The notes beneath the pieces are model-generated. The model saw only the letters and a list, made by a program, of their open reading frames with translations, made no database searches and had not been told where the DNA came from. From Marispirochaeta sp. (GTDB lineage Bacteria > Spirochaetota > Spirochaetia > JC444 > Marispirochaetaceae), in contig CAXXFF010000002.1 in NCBI GenBank assembly GCA_963676835.2, positions 1,600,001-1,664,000 of the forward strand: DNA of 64,000 bases, in the 5' to 3' direction. How positions within the stretch are numbered: the first letter of the stretch is position 1; each line of letters opens with the position of its first letter. Positions 52,086 through 61,308 of the stretch are shown piece after piece. The position numbers were made by a program, and so were the translations under genes.

Positions 52086-55000
52086 ATGCGTCCGGGATAT
52101 AGAATAGCTGTCAGCCTGCTTATTACTATAATAATATTCTCTGTATTTACCTTTTTTGCATATTCAGGTCTTTTCAATTATATAGAGCGAACTGTCTACA
52201 ATAGTCGTGTGTCTGAGTCTATTTTTCAGGATCTTGAGGGCAAAGCTAAAGTAATTAACGAATATCATAGCCTTAGAATTGAGGCCCTGACTGAGATTTT
52301 CTCTGATCCCGTCTTCTCGCAAGTATTTCGCAATAATGAATCCAGAGAACTTATACAAAAAACCCTTGAGACAGACCAACAACTGCAACGCGAAATAGGT
52401 GGGTATATAGGTTTCAGGTTTATCGATGAAGACGGTAAAATCTGGTTTTCTACTCTCAAAGGAGATTTAAGGGAGTCCACGGCTACTCGACGTGTTTACT
52501 ATTTGTGGAAGGATATTGAACCTGATTACGATTATACTGACTATCTTTCAGTTGAAAAGCCGTTTTATATATTAGAGGCTGCCGGTCAGCGCATTGCATA
52601 CAGTCTTCCGGTATATAACAGTATTGGCGAGTTAAATGGAACCATAATTGTTTATACAGGGTATTCGGGATTAATCAACAGTATGGTAACCAGGCATGTC
52701 CTTGAGGCGGGACGAGCGACTGAACTTGCCGGATCATATATGTATTTGTTTAATTCGGCGGTGGTCTATTCTGAGAATCTCCTTGATCTTATACATGATG
52801 CAGTTAAAGGTACTGAAATTAAGCATAGTCAGGCTGTAATTGGTTCTGACGAAAGTTCTGTCTATACCCTTTTCTCCTATAAAGGTGAGAACGGCTTTAT
52901 TTTGTCCTATCTGGCAGGAGAAGATGAGACGGGAATGACACCGGCATTGAAGCTTCTCTTACTCGTTTTTGCTTTTACAACTCTTTTTCTTATCTCCTTT
53001 TTAATTTTGAGTATCCGTCAGGATGATATGGCGGTAATGACCGAACGGATTAGACGTTTTCAGTATGGTTTTGTTAAAGAGTATATTAAACATTCAGATA
53101 CCATTGATTTGAAACGCTGGCGTATAGATTTGGATGGGCAGAAGGACGCAATTAAAAAAAGAATGCTGAAAGGCATTAAAAAGAAGCAGACTGAAAAAGC
53201 TTCTGAGCTGTTTGATGAAAACTGGGGTACCGTTCTGGAACTTCTTGGTCCTTCCGGGAGAATTGATAATCCCCTGGAGCTTAAGAATATAGAAGAAATT
53301 CTTGAGCGTGTTCTTGAAAGACAGCAGAGCATTGAGACACGTATTGTCAGCACACCGGGGCAGGGTAGAGGAACAGTAAAAACTACAACAGAAACCACCT
53401 CTAAAAACAAAATACCAGTAAACCCTGAGACCACTAATAATCGATCAGTAATCGATGAAGTAGAAGAGCTCGACGAAGTCGAAGAAATAGGTGAAGTAGA
53501 AGAGCTCGACGAAGTCGAAGAAATAGGTGAAGTAGAAGAGCTTGATGAAGTAGAAGAGCTCGATGAAGTAGAAGAGCTCGACGAAGTAGAAGAGCTCGAC
53601 GAAGTAGAAGAGCTCAATGAAGTAGAAGAGCTCGATGAAGTAGAAGAGCTCGATGAAGTAGAAGAGCTTGATGAAGTAGAAGAGCTTGATGAAGTAGAAG
53701 AGCTTGATGAAGTAGAAGAGCTTGATGAAGTAGAAGAGCTTGATGAAGTAGAAGAGCTCGATGAAGTAGAAGAGCTCGATGAAGTAGAAGAGCTCGATGA
53801 AGTAGAAGAGCTCGATGAAGTAGAAGAGCTCGATGAAGTAGAAGAGCTCGATGAAGTAGAAGAGCTCGATGAAGTAGAAGAGCTCGACGAAGTCGAAGAA
53901 ATAGGTGAAGCAGAAGAGCTTGATGAAGTAGAAGAAATAGGTGAAGTCGAAGAGCTCGATGAAGTAGAAGAAATAGGTGAAGCAGAAGAGCTTGATGAAG
54001 TAGAAGAGATCGACGAAGTCGAAGAGCTTGATGAAGTCGAAGAGCTTGATGAAGTCGAAGAGCTTGATGAAGTCGAAGAGCTTGATGAAGGCGAAGAAAG
54101 TACTATTCCAGAGGAAGCTGAAGCCTCGGAAGTTGAGGAACTTGAAATCCGGGAGGATGATTCTCCTGTATATGGTTATGCATTCTTCGCTGATGAAGAT
54201 GCTTTTGACCTTGAAGCCCTGTTTCACCGGCCGGAAGATTTAGGTGATATAGGTATCTTTGAAGATGCTTATGATGAAGTTGAAGAGCTAATTGATGTTG
54301 ATGACGAAGACCTGGAAGAGAGGGAAAGCAAGAAAAGAATTCAGGAAATCGAAGAGTTGCCTGAACCCAGCGAAGAAGATTTATCTGCCATAGCTGCTCT
54401 GCATTCAGCACCATTGCGGGTAGCCATTGTTCCTTTGGAAAATGAGCCCTTTGAAATACTGGATGAACTTGAGGAGCTGGGGAATGAGAGCCCTGCGGAA
54501 CTGATTTTTGAGGGGATGTTAACCAATCCCAAAGGACTCACGTATCAATCTCTGGATAGAGACTTCCGGTATACTGAAGATGCAGGATCGACAATTTCGC
54601 TGCATGATGATATTCCTTCCCAGGCATTAATTGTAGGTACCATAGAAAAGAGCCTTATAGAACAAATTATTGCCGGAGAATTACAGGGAAAGGCTATTGA
54701 GATAAGGCAGATCGATGATTTTTTAATTGAGAAAGCAGAAGAGCATCAGGCAATAGAAGAGCATGACGGTGTTTTCAGGATTAAAGATACCGTTTACTCC
54801 TCAGCAAAAGAGGGCTCAAAGAAAGATCTCAGGGAACTTGTAGACTCGGTACTTAAAAAAGATCAGGATAATGACAGTATCGATTCCATTCTTACCACCG
54901 GAGTCGATTTAGGTCTGGATTTTGCTGCGGATAAGTCCATAAGTGATAAGGAGAGGCATAAACAGCAGCTGCAGAGTTTGCCCATCCTTACTGATAAAGG

Positions 55001-55424
55001 GTTCAATTACGACCGCTATCTGACGGGATTCAAAGAAGGCCAGCCGGGTATTATGAAATCCATGATGCGTATATCGGCTCTTTTTAACGGAATATATGCA
55101 GCAGTTCTTTGTTTTGATGATGAGGGACTTCAGGTTCAATATGCCCTGGGAATGGATGAAACAGCGAACAGAATGCTTTCTTTCAAGAAGGATGAAGAAC
55201 TTTTTAACCTTTTTATGGATTATCGTATAATCTATATACCCGGACAATCTTCTGGTGTTCCCTATTTTGACCGGCATCTGGACGAACGGGGACGGCATTT
55301 TATTGAAGGCCATATTTTTATTCCAGTGATTTTCAAGGAATTTCCTGCATATCTGTACATTTCGCTCAAGCAGCGAAAGGATAACCTTGGCGAATATATA
55401 AAAGTTATCGAAAATCTGCTATAG
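52086..55424 (+). CDS. Large membrane protein: TM, Cache-like extracytoplasmic domain, TM, acidic hexapeptide repeat, GAF-like C-terminal domain; function unknown
   Basis: 1112-aa ORF with two hydrophobic segments, FIDEDGKI and SLPVYNSIG..GTII strands, and (DEVEEL)n. Domain calls are by eye. Confidence 0.8.
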   Translation: MRPGYRIAVSLLITIIIFSVFTFFAYSGLFNYIERTVYNSRVSESIFQDLEGKAKVINEYHSLRIEALTEIFSDPVFSQVFRNNESRELIQKTLETDQQLQREIGGYIGFRFIDEDGKIWFSTLKGDLRESTATRRVYYLWKDIEPDYDYTDYLSVEKPFYILEAAGQRIAYSLPVYNSIGELNGTIIVYTGYSGLINSMVTRHVLEAGRATELAGSYMYLFNSAVVYSENLLDLIHDAVKGTEIKHSQAVIGSDESSVYTLFSYKGENGFILSYLAGEDETGMTPALKLLLLVFAFTTLFLISFLILSIRQDDMAVMTERIRRFQYGFVKEYIKHSDTIDLKRWRIDLDGQKDAIKKRMLKGIKKKQTEKASELFDENWGTVLELLGPSGRIDNPLELKNIEEILERVLERQQSIETRIVSTPGQGRGTVKTTTETTSKNKIPVNPETTNNRSVIDEVEELDEVEEIGEVEELDEVEEIGEVEELDEVEELDEVEELDEVEELDEVEELNEVEELDEVEELDEVEELDEVEELDEVEELDEVEELDEVEELDEVEELDEVEELDEVEELDEVEELDEVEELDEVEELDEVEELDEVEELDEVEEIGEAEELDEVEEIGEVEELDEVEEIGEAEELDEVEEIDEVEELDEVEELDEVEELDEVEELDEGEESTIPEEAEASEVEELEIREDDSPVYGYAFFADEDAFDLEALFHRPEDLGDIGIFEDAYDEVEELIDVDDEDLEERESKKRIQEIEELPEPSEEDLSAIAALHSAPLRVAIVPLENEPFEILDELEELGNESPAELIFEGMLTNPKGLTYQSLDRDFRYTEDAGSTISLHDDIPSQALIVGTIEKSLIEQIIAGELQGKAIEIRQIDDFLIEKAEEHQAIEEHDGVFRIKDTVYSSAKEGSKKDLRELVDSVLKKDQDNDSIDSILTTGVDLGLDFAADKSISDKERHKQQLQSLPILTDKGFNYDRYLTGFKEGQPGIMKSMMRISALFNGIYAAVLCFDDEGLQVQYALGMDETANRMLSFKKDEELFNLFMDYRIIYIPGQSSGVPYFDRHLDERGRHFIEGHIFIPVIFKEFPAYLYISLKQRKDNLGEYIKVIENLL
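53454..54083 (+). repeat. Coding tandem repeat: 35 x 18 bp, consensus GAYGAAGTAGAAGAGCTY (DEVEEL)
   Basis: 630 bp = 35 contiguous in-frame units, with variants DEVEEI, GEVEEL, GEAEEL and NEVEEL. Confidence 0.97.
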
Positions 55425-55465
55425 CATTGACCATTCAAGTAAATCTTCCCTGATAAAGGATTTGC

Positions 55466-55493
55466 TTGACAAATATGGTGCTATATTTATAAT
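55466..55493 (+). promoter_or_regulatory. Sigma70 promoter of the rny operon
   Basis: TTGACA-16bp-TATAAT. Confidence 0.7.
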
Positions 55494-55523
55494 TAACTAA
55501 CATCTGCAACTGGAGGAAGGAAG

Positions 55524-57053
55524 ATGAACGTAATGTTGCTAGTTATTCTTCCTCTCGTAGGTATTATTCTAGGTTGGATTATTAGATGGGTTTATGCCCG
55601 ATTCCAGCTTTCGTCTGTTGAACAGAAAGCTGAACGCTTAAGTCAGGATGCTATAAGGGAAGCAGAGGCGAAAAAAAGAGAGCTTCTGCTTGAAACGAAA
55701 GATCAACTCCTAAAAGAGAGGAACCAGCAGGAGCGGGAATTTCGCGAAAGAAGGAGCGAGCTGCAACGACTGGATAGACGCTTGCAGCAGCGTGAGGAAA
55801 ATCTAGAAAAGAAACAGAGTCTGCTTGAAAGAAACAGGCAGGAACTCACCGATCGAGAGGGAAAGCTCGCAGAAGATGAGGCGCAGATTGCGCAGAAGAT
55901 AGAGCAATGGCGGGATGAGCTTGAAAAAATAGCCGGTCTTACGGCTGATGAAGCTAAAAAGCTCATAATGACCTCAATGGAAAATGAGGCCAAACACGAT
56001 GCTCAGTTGATTATCAACAAGATTGAGCAGGAAGCACAAACCACCGCAGAGAAGAAATCACGGGATATTCTTATTACCACGATTCAACGGCTTGCAACAG
56101 AGGTAAGCTCCGAAGTTACCGTTGCATCCGTAAGTCTCCCCAATGATGAGATGAAAGGACGTATTATCGGCCGTGAAGGACGAAATATACGTACCCTCGA
56201 AACTCTTACCGGTGTAGACGTCATTATTGATGACACTCCGGAAGCCGTGGTTATCTCCTGTTTTGATCCGATCCGGAAGGAGATTGCCAGGCGTTCTCTG
56301 GAACGGCTTATTACGGATGGTCGGATTCATCCGGCAAGGATTGAAGAGATCGTTCAGAAGGTAACCAAAGAGGTCAGTCAGATAATTCTGGAAGAGGGCG
56401 AAAAGATTCTCTTCGACCTTGGGGTTCACAACATGAGCCAGGAATGTATTCGGGCTCTTGGAAGGCTCTATTTCCGTACCAGTTACGGCCAGAATGTACT
56501 CAACCATTCCAAGGAAGTTGCCATTATTGCCGGAATGCTTGCTGCAGAGGTTGGGGCCGACAGAGAAATTGCCAAGCGTGGAGCCCTGCTTCATGACATT
56601 GGAAAGGGTATCGAGACTGACGGTGACGGTAACCATGCTGAACTGGGTATGGAGATGGCCCGGAAGAATGGTGAAGATCCCCGTGTAGTCAACGCTATCG
56701 GTTCTCACCATAACGATGTTGAGCCCAACTGTGTTGAGTCGGTGCTTGTTCAGATAGCAGACGCGATTTCCGCGGCCCGTCCCGGTGCACGTCGTGAAAC
56801 ACTGAACAATTATATAAAGCGGCTTGAGAATCTTGAGCGCATTGCCGGTGAGTTTGAAGGTGTTGAAAAAACCTTCGCTATACAGGCCGGTCGCGAATTG
56901 AGAATCATGGTCAATCATGACAAGATCAGCGATGATAAATCAAAAGATCTTGCCAAGGATATTGCAAAGAAGATTGAGTCCGAATTGCGTTATCCCGGCC
57001 GCATAAAGGTTACTATTATCCGTGAGACCCGGGTTGTTGAATACGCCCGATAG
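55524..57053 (+). CDS. rny: Ribonuclease Y
   Basis: N-terminal TM, coiled coil, KH (KGRIIGREGRNIR), HD (LLHDIGK) and AIQAGRE. Confidence 0.98.
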   Translation: MNVMLLVILPLVGIILGWIIRWVYARFQLSSVEQKAERLSQDAIREAEAKKRELLLETKDQLLKERNQQEREFRERRSELQRLDRRLQQREENLEKKQSLLERNRQELTDREGKLAEDEAQIAQKIEQWRDELEKIAGLTADEAKKLIMTSMENEAKHDAQLIINKIEQEAQTTAEKKSRDILITTIQRLATEVSSEVTVASVSLPNDEMKGRIIGREGRNIRTLETLTGVDVIIDDTPEAVVISCFDPIRKEIARRSLERLITDGRIHPARIEEIVQKVTKEVSQIILEEGEKILFDLGVHNMSQECIRALGRLYFRTSYGQNVLNHSKEVAIIAGMLAAEVGADREIAKRGALLHDIGKGIETDGDGNHAELGMEMARKNGEDPRVVNAIGSHHNDVEPNCVESVLVQIADAISAARPGARRETLNNYIKRLENLERIAGEFEGVEKTFAIQAGRELRIMVNHDKISDDKSKDLAKDIAKKIESELRYPGRIKVTIIRETRVVEYAR

Positions 57054-57084
57054 GTTTCATAAAGGGTAAGAAAGGAAGAGGCTT

Positions 57085-57885
57085 CTGGCTACACTTCAAT
57101 CCCTTAACGCTCTGGTTCTTGGCGACGTAATCGGTCAGCCCGGAATCAGGGCGCTTTTTGTTAAACTTAAAACTCTTATTCGCGATACTGGTGCTGATAT
57201 AGTCGTCATCAACGGAGAAAATGCCGCTGACGGATTTGGTATTACGCCGCAGGTGGCTGATCAGCTCTTTTCCTGCGGTGCGGATATAATTACCACCGGG
57301 AATCATGTATGGCAGAAGAGGGAAATTATTCCCATGCTGGAATCCTCCGATAGAGTTGTTCGACCCGCTAATTATCCTCCCGGAACACCCGGGAAGGGGG
57401 TTGCCCGTATTGATGTTAGAGGGGTACCGGTGGCGGTGGTGAATCTTCAGGGCCGGAGACATATGTACTCTACGGATTGCCCCTTTCGCTCTGCTGATGA
57501 CATTCTTAAACGGCTGAACGGAAAGGCAAAGGTTGTACTGGTTGATTTCCATGCTGAAGAGGTAATGGAAAAAGAGTCTCTGGCATATTATCTCGACGGC
57601 AGGGTAAGTGCTGTTTTGGGTACACATACCCATATTCAGACTGGCGATGAACGGATTCTGCCAAAAGGTACAGCCTATATTACCGATCTGGGAATGACCG
57701 GGCCCGACCATAGTGTTATCGGTGTAGATACTGCGACTGCTGTTGAACGATCATTAACGCAGATGCCATTGAAAATGGCAGTTGCCGACAATGAAGCTTG
57801 TATTCGCGGAGTTCACCTGGTTATCGATCCTGTAACCGGCAAAGCTCTTGAGATTAACCGGATTATGGTTGAATCTACCCTGTAA
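57085..57885 (+). CDS. ymdB: YmdB/TIGR00282 metallophosphoesterase (probable CTG start)
   Basis: In-frame LGDVIGQPG and NGENAADGFG lie upstream of the tracked ORF. Also TTGNH, RPANYP, DFHAE, GTHTH and TDLGMTG. Confidence 0.9.
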   Translation: MATLQSLNALVLGDVIGQPGIRALFVKLKTLIRDTGADIVVINGENAADGFGITPQVADQLFSCGADIITTGNHVWQKREIIPMLESSDRVVRPANYPPGTPGKGVARIDVRGVPVAVVNLQGRRHMYSTDCPFRSADDILKRLNGKAKVVLVDFHAEEVMEKESLAYYLDGRVSAVLGTHTHIQTGDERILPKGTAYITDLGMTGPDHSVIGVDTATAVERSLTQMPLKMAVADNEACIRGVHLVIDPVTGKALEINRIMVESTL

Positions 57886-57912
57886 GGTTATCGGGGAACA
57901 GGGGAGCTTCCG

Positions 57913-58716
57913 GTGGCGTCGGCAAATCGTCATAGCAAAGTAAAAAAGGTCAGTCTGCTTAAGCTTCTTGCAAAATGTTATCCCGAAATTTCCCGGGAAA
58001 CCCTCTTTTCCTCAATTCTCTGCGGTGATATCAGGGTAAACGGAGGGATAATTCGTGACTCTAAAGAATTGATCCCTGTAGATGCGCATATTTCAATGGA
58101 ACGGAAACGTTATGTAAGCCGGGGCGGCGGGAAGCTGGAGACTGCTTTCAATGCCTGGCATTTTCCGGTGGAAGGTAAGGTCTTTATTGATGCAGGCTCA
58201 AGTACCGGAGGCTTTACCGATTTTCTGCTGCAGCATGGTGCCGCCGGTGTTCACTGCGTGGATGTGGGCTATAATCAGCTTGATTACTCACTGCGGAATA
58301 ATCCGAAGGTTTATGTTCACGAAAGAACCAATATTTTATCGTTTATCAACCCGAATCCGGAAGCGGATGCAGCTGTCGGAGATTTATCCTTCCGTTCTCT
58401 TTCGGGGGCTGTTCATCATGTTCTTCTTCAGACCAGGGAAAAGTGGGGTATTTTCCTGCTTAAACCTCAGTTTGAGATACAGAATCCCGGAAAAGATTTT
58501 GACGGTGTTCTATATGATAAAAACGAAGTCAGAACTGTTGTGCAGGAGACTCTTGTCTCTCTGGCGGATGAAGGCATACAGGTAATTGCTGTTGTTCCTT
58601 CAGCTGTACAGGGGACCAGGGGAAACCAGGAATATCTTTGTCATCTGTGCCTTGATGCTTCTGCAGATTCAGAAAGCTGTCGGGAAGCTATTCATCATAT
58701 TACAGCATCTTTATAG
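57913..58716 (+). CDS. tlyA: TlyA-family rRNA (cytidine-2'-O)-methyltransferase
   Basis: S4-like N-terminus. Motifs YVSRGGGKL, DAGSSTGGFTD, VDVG, KPQFE and GNQEYL. Confidence 0.93.
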   Translation: MASANRHSKVKKVSLLKLLAKCYPEISRETLFSSILCGDIRVNGGIIRDSKELIPVDAHISMERKRYVSRGGGKLETAFNAWHFPVEGKVFIDAGSSTGGFTDFLLQHGAAGVHCVDVGYNQLDYSLRNNPKVYVHERTNILSFINPNPEADAAVGDLSFRSLSGAVHHVLLQTREKWGIFLLKPQFEIQNPGKDFDGVLYDKNEVRTVVQETLVSLADEGIQVIAVVPSAVQGTRGNQEYLCHLCLDASADSESCREAIHHITASL

Positions 58717-58722
58717 GAGATT

Positions 58723-59490
58723 TCACCCTTCCCGTCCCAGGGGCTTGCCTATATACAAGCCTTCCGGGTTCAAGTACTGCTGTTTTACCCCTTCTATGAG
58801 AAACTGCACTTTGTCTACCGTTGGAAATTCGGTGGCGGTAAAAACAATCTGCTGAAGCTGCAGCTCCGCTCCCTCAAAGCCAAAGGCATTAAATCGGAAG
58901 GCTTCAGTCATATCTATATATGCAATACGGTCTCTTACTGCTACAGAACGGATTTTTGCATCCCTCGGCACCAGGCTTATAAGGTTCTGATTCAGTTCCT
59001 GGGATGATGGTCCTTCCAGTAATGCTTTCAAGGTATCTGTCAGGGGGGAATCCGAGTAATAGACCGGCCGGATGACCCTGCGGAGTTCCCCTTTTGAGCC
59101 GTCATGAAATACAAAATAGAGAGTGGCGCGGCGCAGACGCTTTTCTTCCGCAGGCTGAGTAGTCTGAGTTGTTTCTTCCGGTTTTTCGGTCTCAGCCTGA
59201 GGAACCACAGTTAAAGATATTTCAGTATCCTGACTTGTTTCCGTATTGTCTGCTGCGGGGACCGCGCTCTCTTCGGCATCTGGTTTTTTCTCGGGAACAT
59301 TTGAGTCTTCAGACTGGTTGCTATGCTCAATCTGAGGTTCTTCGTTCGTTGTGGAAATAATATCAACAAAACCGGTTGCTTCCATTACGCTTTCGATGCG
59401 GCGGCGGTTAAACAGGAATATTACAAGGACCAGCAGAATCAGAGCGATCCAGAAAAGACATCCCAGGGATGCTGTGCGTTTGCGTTTCAT
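58723..59490 (-). CDS. GerMN domain membrane-anchored protein
   Basis: N-terminal TM (GCLFWIALILL), low-complexity linker, LLEGPS and QIVFTATEFPTVDKVQFLIEG. Start at 59490 or 59496. Confidence 0.88.
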   Translation of the reverse strand: MKRKRTASLGCLFWIALILLVLVIFLFNRRRIESVMEATGFVDIISTTNEEPQIEHSNQSEDSNVPEKKPDAEESAVPAADNTETSQDTEISLTVVPQAETEKPEETTQTTQPAEEKRLRRATLYFVFHDGSKGELRRVIRPVYYSDSPLTDTLKALLEGPSSQELNQNLISLVPRDAKIRSVAVRDRIAYIDMTEAFRFNAFGFEGAELQLQQIVFTATEFPTVDKVQFLIEGVKQQYLNPEGLYIGKPLGREG

Positions 59491-59520
59491 ACCCATATTA
59501 TCGTCCAGAAAGCGGAATAT

Positions 59521-59549
59521 TTGACAGTGGAAGGAAAAGGTCGTATAGT
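59521..59549 (+). promoter_or_regulatory. Sigma70 promoter of ptsI-der
   Basis: TTGACA-17bp-TATAGT. Confidence 0.75.
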
Positions 59550-59559
59550 GATTTTTGAA

Positions 59560-61308
59560 ATGAGAGAGCTGACAGGAATTTCGGCTTCTCCTGGTATTAC
59601 CATAGGGACGGCCTTTCTCTATATAGATGAAGCATTTACGGTTCCCCGGTATGATGTAGATCAATCAGAGCTTGAGCGGGAATATGAGCGCTTTGAAGAA
59701 GCCCTTGAGAAAGCTACCCAGGAAATAATCGAACTCAAAAAACAGGCCTCATCACAGGTTGGCGGCAACGAGAGTAATTTTCTTGATGCCCATGTCCTTA
59801 TGATCCAGGATCCTGATTTTGCAGACAAGATAAAAGAGAATCTTTATGGTCGAAAAGAGAATGTGGAATGGATTCTGCATCAGACCATTGAAGGTGTTAT
59901 CAGCAAGCTTGCCTCAAGCCAGGATACCTATATAAGCGAACGCTCTATAGATCTGCATGATGTATCCAAGCGGGTGCTGAATCATCTTATGTACCGGGAC
60001 CGCATAAGCCTGGCGGATCTTGAAAAAGAAGTAATCCTTATAACCCATAACCTGCTGCCTTCTGATGCGCTGGCAATGAACAGCCGCATGGTAAAAGGCA
60101 TTGCCATGGATGCCGGCGGTAAAACGTCGCATACGGCTATTCTTGCCCGGGCTTTTGAGATACCCGCGGTACTTGGCCTCTCTTCGGTAACCAGGGAAGC
60201 CCGTACGGGTGATCAGGTTATAATTGACGGAAACCGTGGAAAGGTAATAGTTAATCCCGATAAAGCGACCCTTAAGCGCTACAGTGACATCCTGCAGGAA
60301 TGGCAGAAACGCGAGGTTGAGCTTGCAACACTCAACAGCCTGCCTGCGGAGACAAAAGACGGAAAGCTGATCGACCTTAACGCCAATATAGAGGTTCCGG
60401 AGGAGACAGAGGCCGTTGTAGCCCATGGAGCAGACGGAATTGGTCTGTTCAGGTCTGAATTTATTTTCATGCAGTCCGGCGGGGATGCCTCCGAAGAGTA
60501 CCAGTATAATATGTACCGTCGTGTACTAGAGGATCTGGACGGAAAACCCGTTACCATACGTACTCTGGATATCGGGGGAGACAAAGCTATTCCCGGGATC
60601 AGCAAATATGCAGAGAAGAATCCGATTCTCGGATGGAGAGCCATACGGTTCTGTCATTCCAGAACTGACCTGTTTAAAACGCAGTTGAGAGCACTTTTGC
60701 GGGCATCTGCTCATGGTGATCTGAGAATAATGTTTCCCATGATCTCCGGTGTCGAAGAACTGGATAACACCCTGGTTCTTCTTGAAGAGGTTAAAGATGA
60801 TCTCCGGGAAAAGGGGCTGGCGTTTCAGCCTGATATAAAAATCGGCAGTATGATAGAGGTTCCCTCTGCTGCTCTCACGTCTGATATTCTTGCCCGGAAG
60901 GTTGATTTCTTTTCAATCGGAACCAATGACCTCATTCAGTATACCATTGCTGTTGATCGTGGAAATGAGCGGGTGGCCTATCTGTATGAGCCTTTTCACC
61001 CCGGAGTTCTCAGACTGATTAAGATGGTGATAGATAATGCCCATGCTGCGGGTATTCCGGTCAGCATGTGCGGCGAGATGGCTTCTGACCCCATGGCCAC
61101 CGTGATACTTCTCGGAATGGGTCTGGACGTGTATAGTATGTCTTCCTTTGGTATCCCCGAGGTTAAACAGATTATCCGTTCAACCTCGATGCTGGAAGCC
61201 GAAGAACTCCTGGGCGAAATAATGGAAATGAAATCCTACCGGGAGATCGATCAACATGTTCACGGATGGATGAATGCACGCTACAATCTCGAACGCTACA
61301 CCGACTAA
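59560..61308 (+). CDS. ptsI: Phosphoenolpyruvate-protein phosphotransferase (PTS enzyme I)
   Basis: Phospho-His motif GGKTSHTAILAR, GIGLFRSE, SIGTNDL.QY and MCGEMA. Start ATG 59560. Confidence 0.96.
   Translation: MRELTGISASPGITIGTAFLYIDEAFTVPRYDVDQSELEREYERFEEALEKATQEIIELKKQASSQVGGNESNFLDAHVLMIQDPDFADKIKENLYGRKENVEWILHQTIEGVISKLASSQDTYISERSIDLHDVSKRVLNHLMYRDRISLADLEKEVILITHNLLPSDALAMNSRMVKGIAMDAGGKTSHTAILARAFEIPAVLGLSSVTREARTGDQVIIDGNRGKVIVNPDKATLKRYSDILQEWQKREVELATLNSLPAETKDGKLIDLNANIEVPEETEAVVAHGADGIGLFRSEFIFMQSGGDASEEYQYNMYRRVLEDLDGKPVTIRTLDIGGDKAIPGISKYAEKNPILGWRAIRFCHSRTDLFKTQLRALLRASAHGDLRIMFPMISGVEELDNTLVLLEEVKDDLREKGLAFQPDIKIGSMIEVPSAALTSDILARKVDFFSIGTNDLIQYTIAVDRGNERVAYLYEPFHPGVLRLIKMVIDNAHAAGIPVSMCGEMASDPMATVILLGMGLDVYSMSSFGIPEVKQIIRSTSMLEAEELLGEIMEMKSYREIDQHVHGWMNARYNLERYTD

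Noticed and set aside
53454..54083. Tandem array as a CRISPR locus
   Set aside because: Units are contiguous with no unique spacers, stay in frame inside a CDS, and there are no cas genes.
53060..54227. Minus-strand ORFs encoding (FYFIEL)n and (STSSSS)n repeats
   Set aside because: They are antisense shadows of the stop-free 18-bp repeat. Variation is mostly synonymous in the + strand DEVEEL frame.
57913..58716. tlyA as a haemolysin or virulence gene
   Set aside because: The motifs are those of the rRNA methyltransferase, in a housekeeping context.
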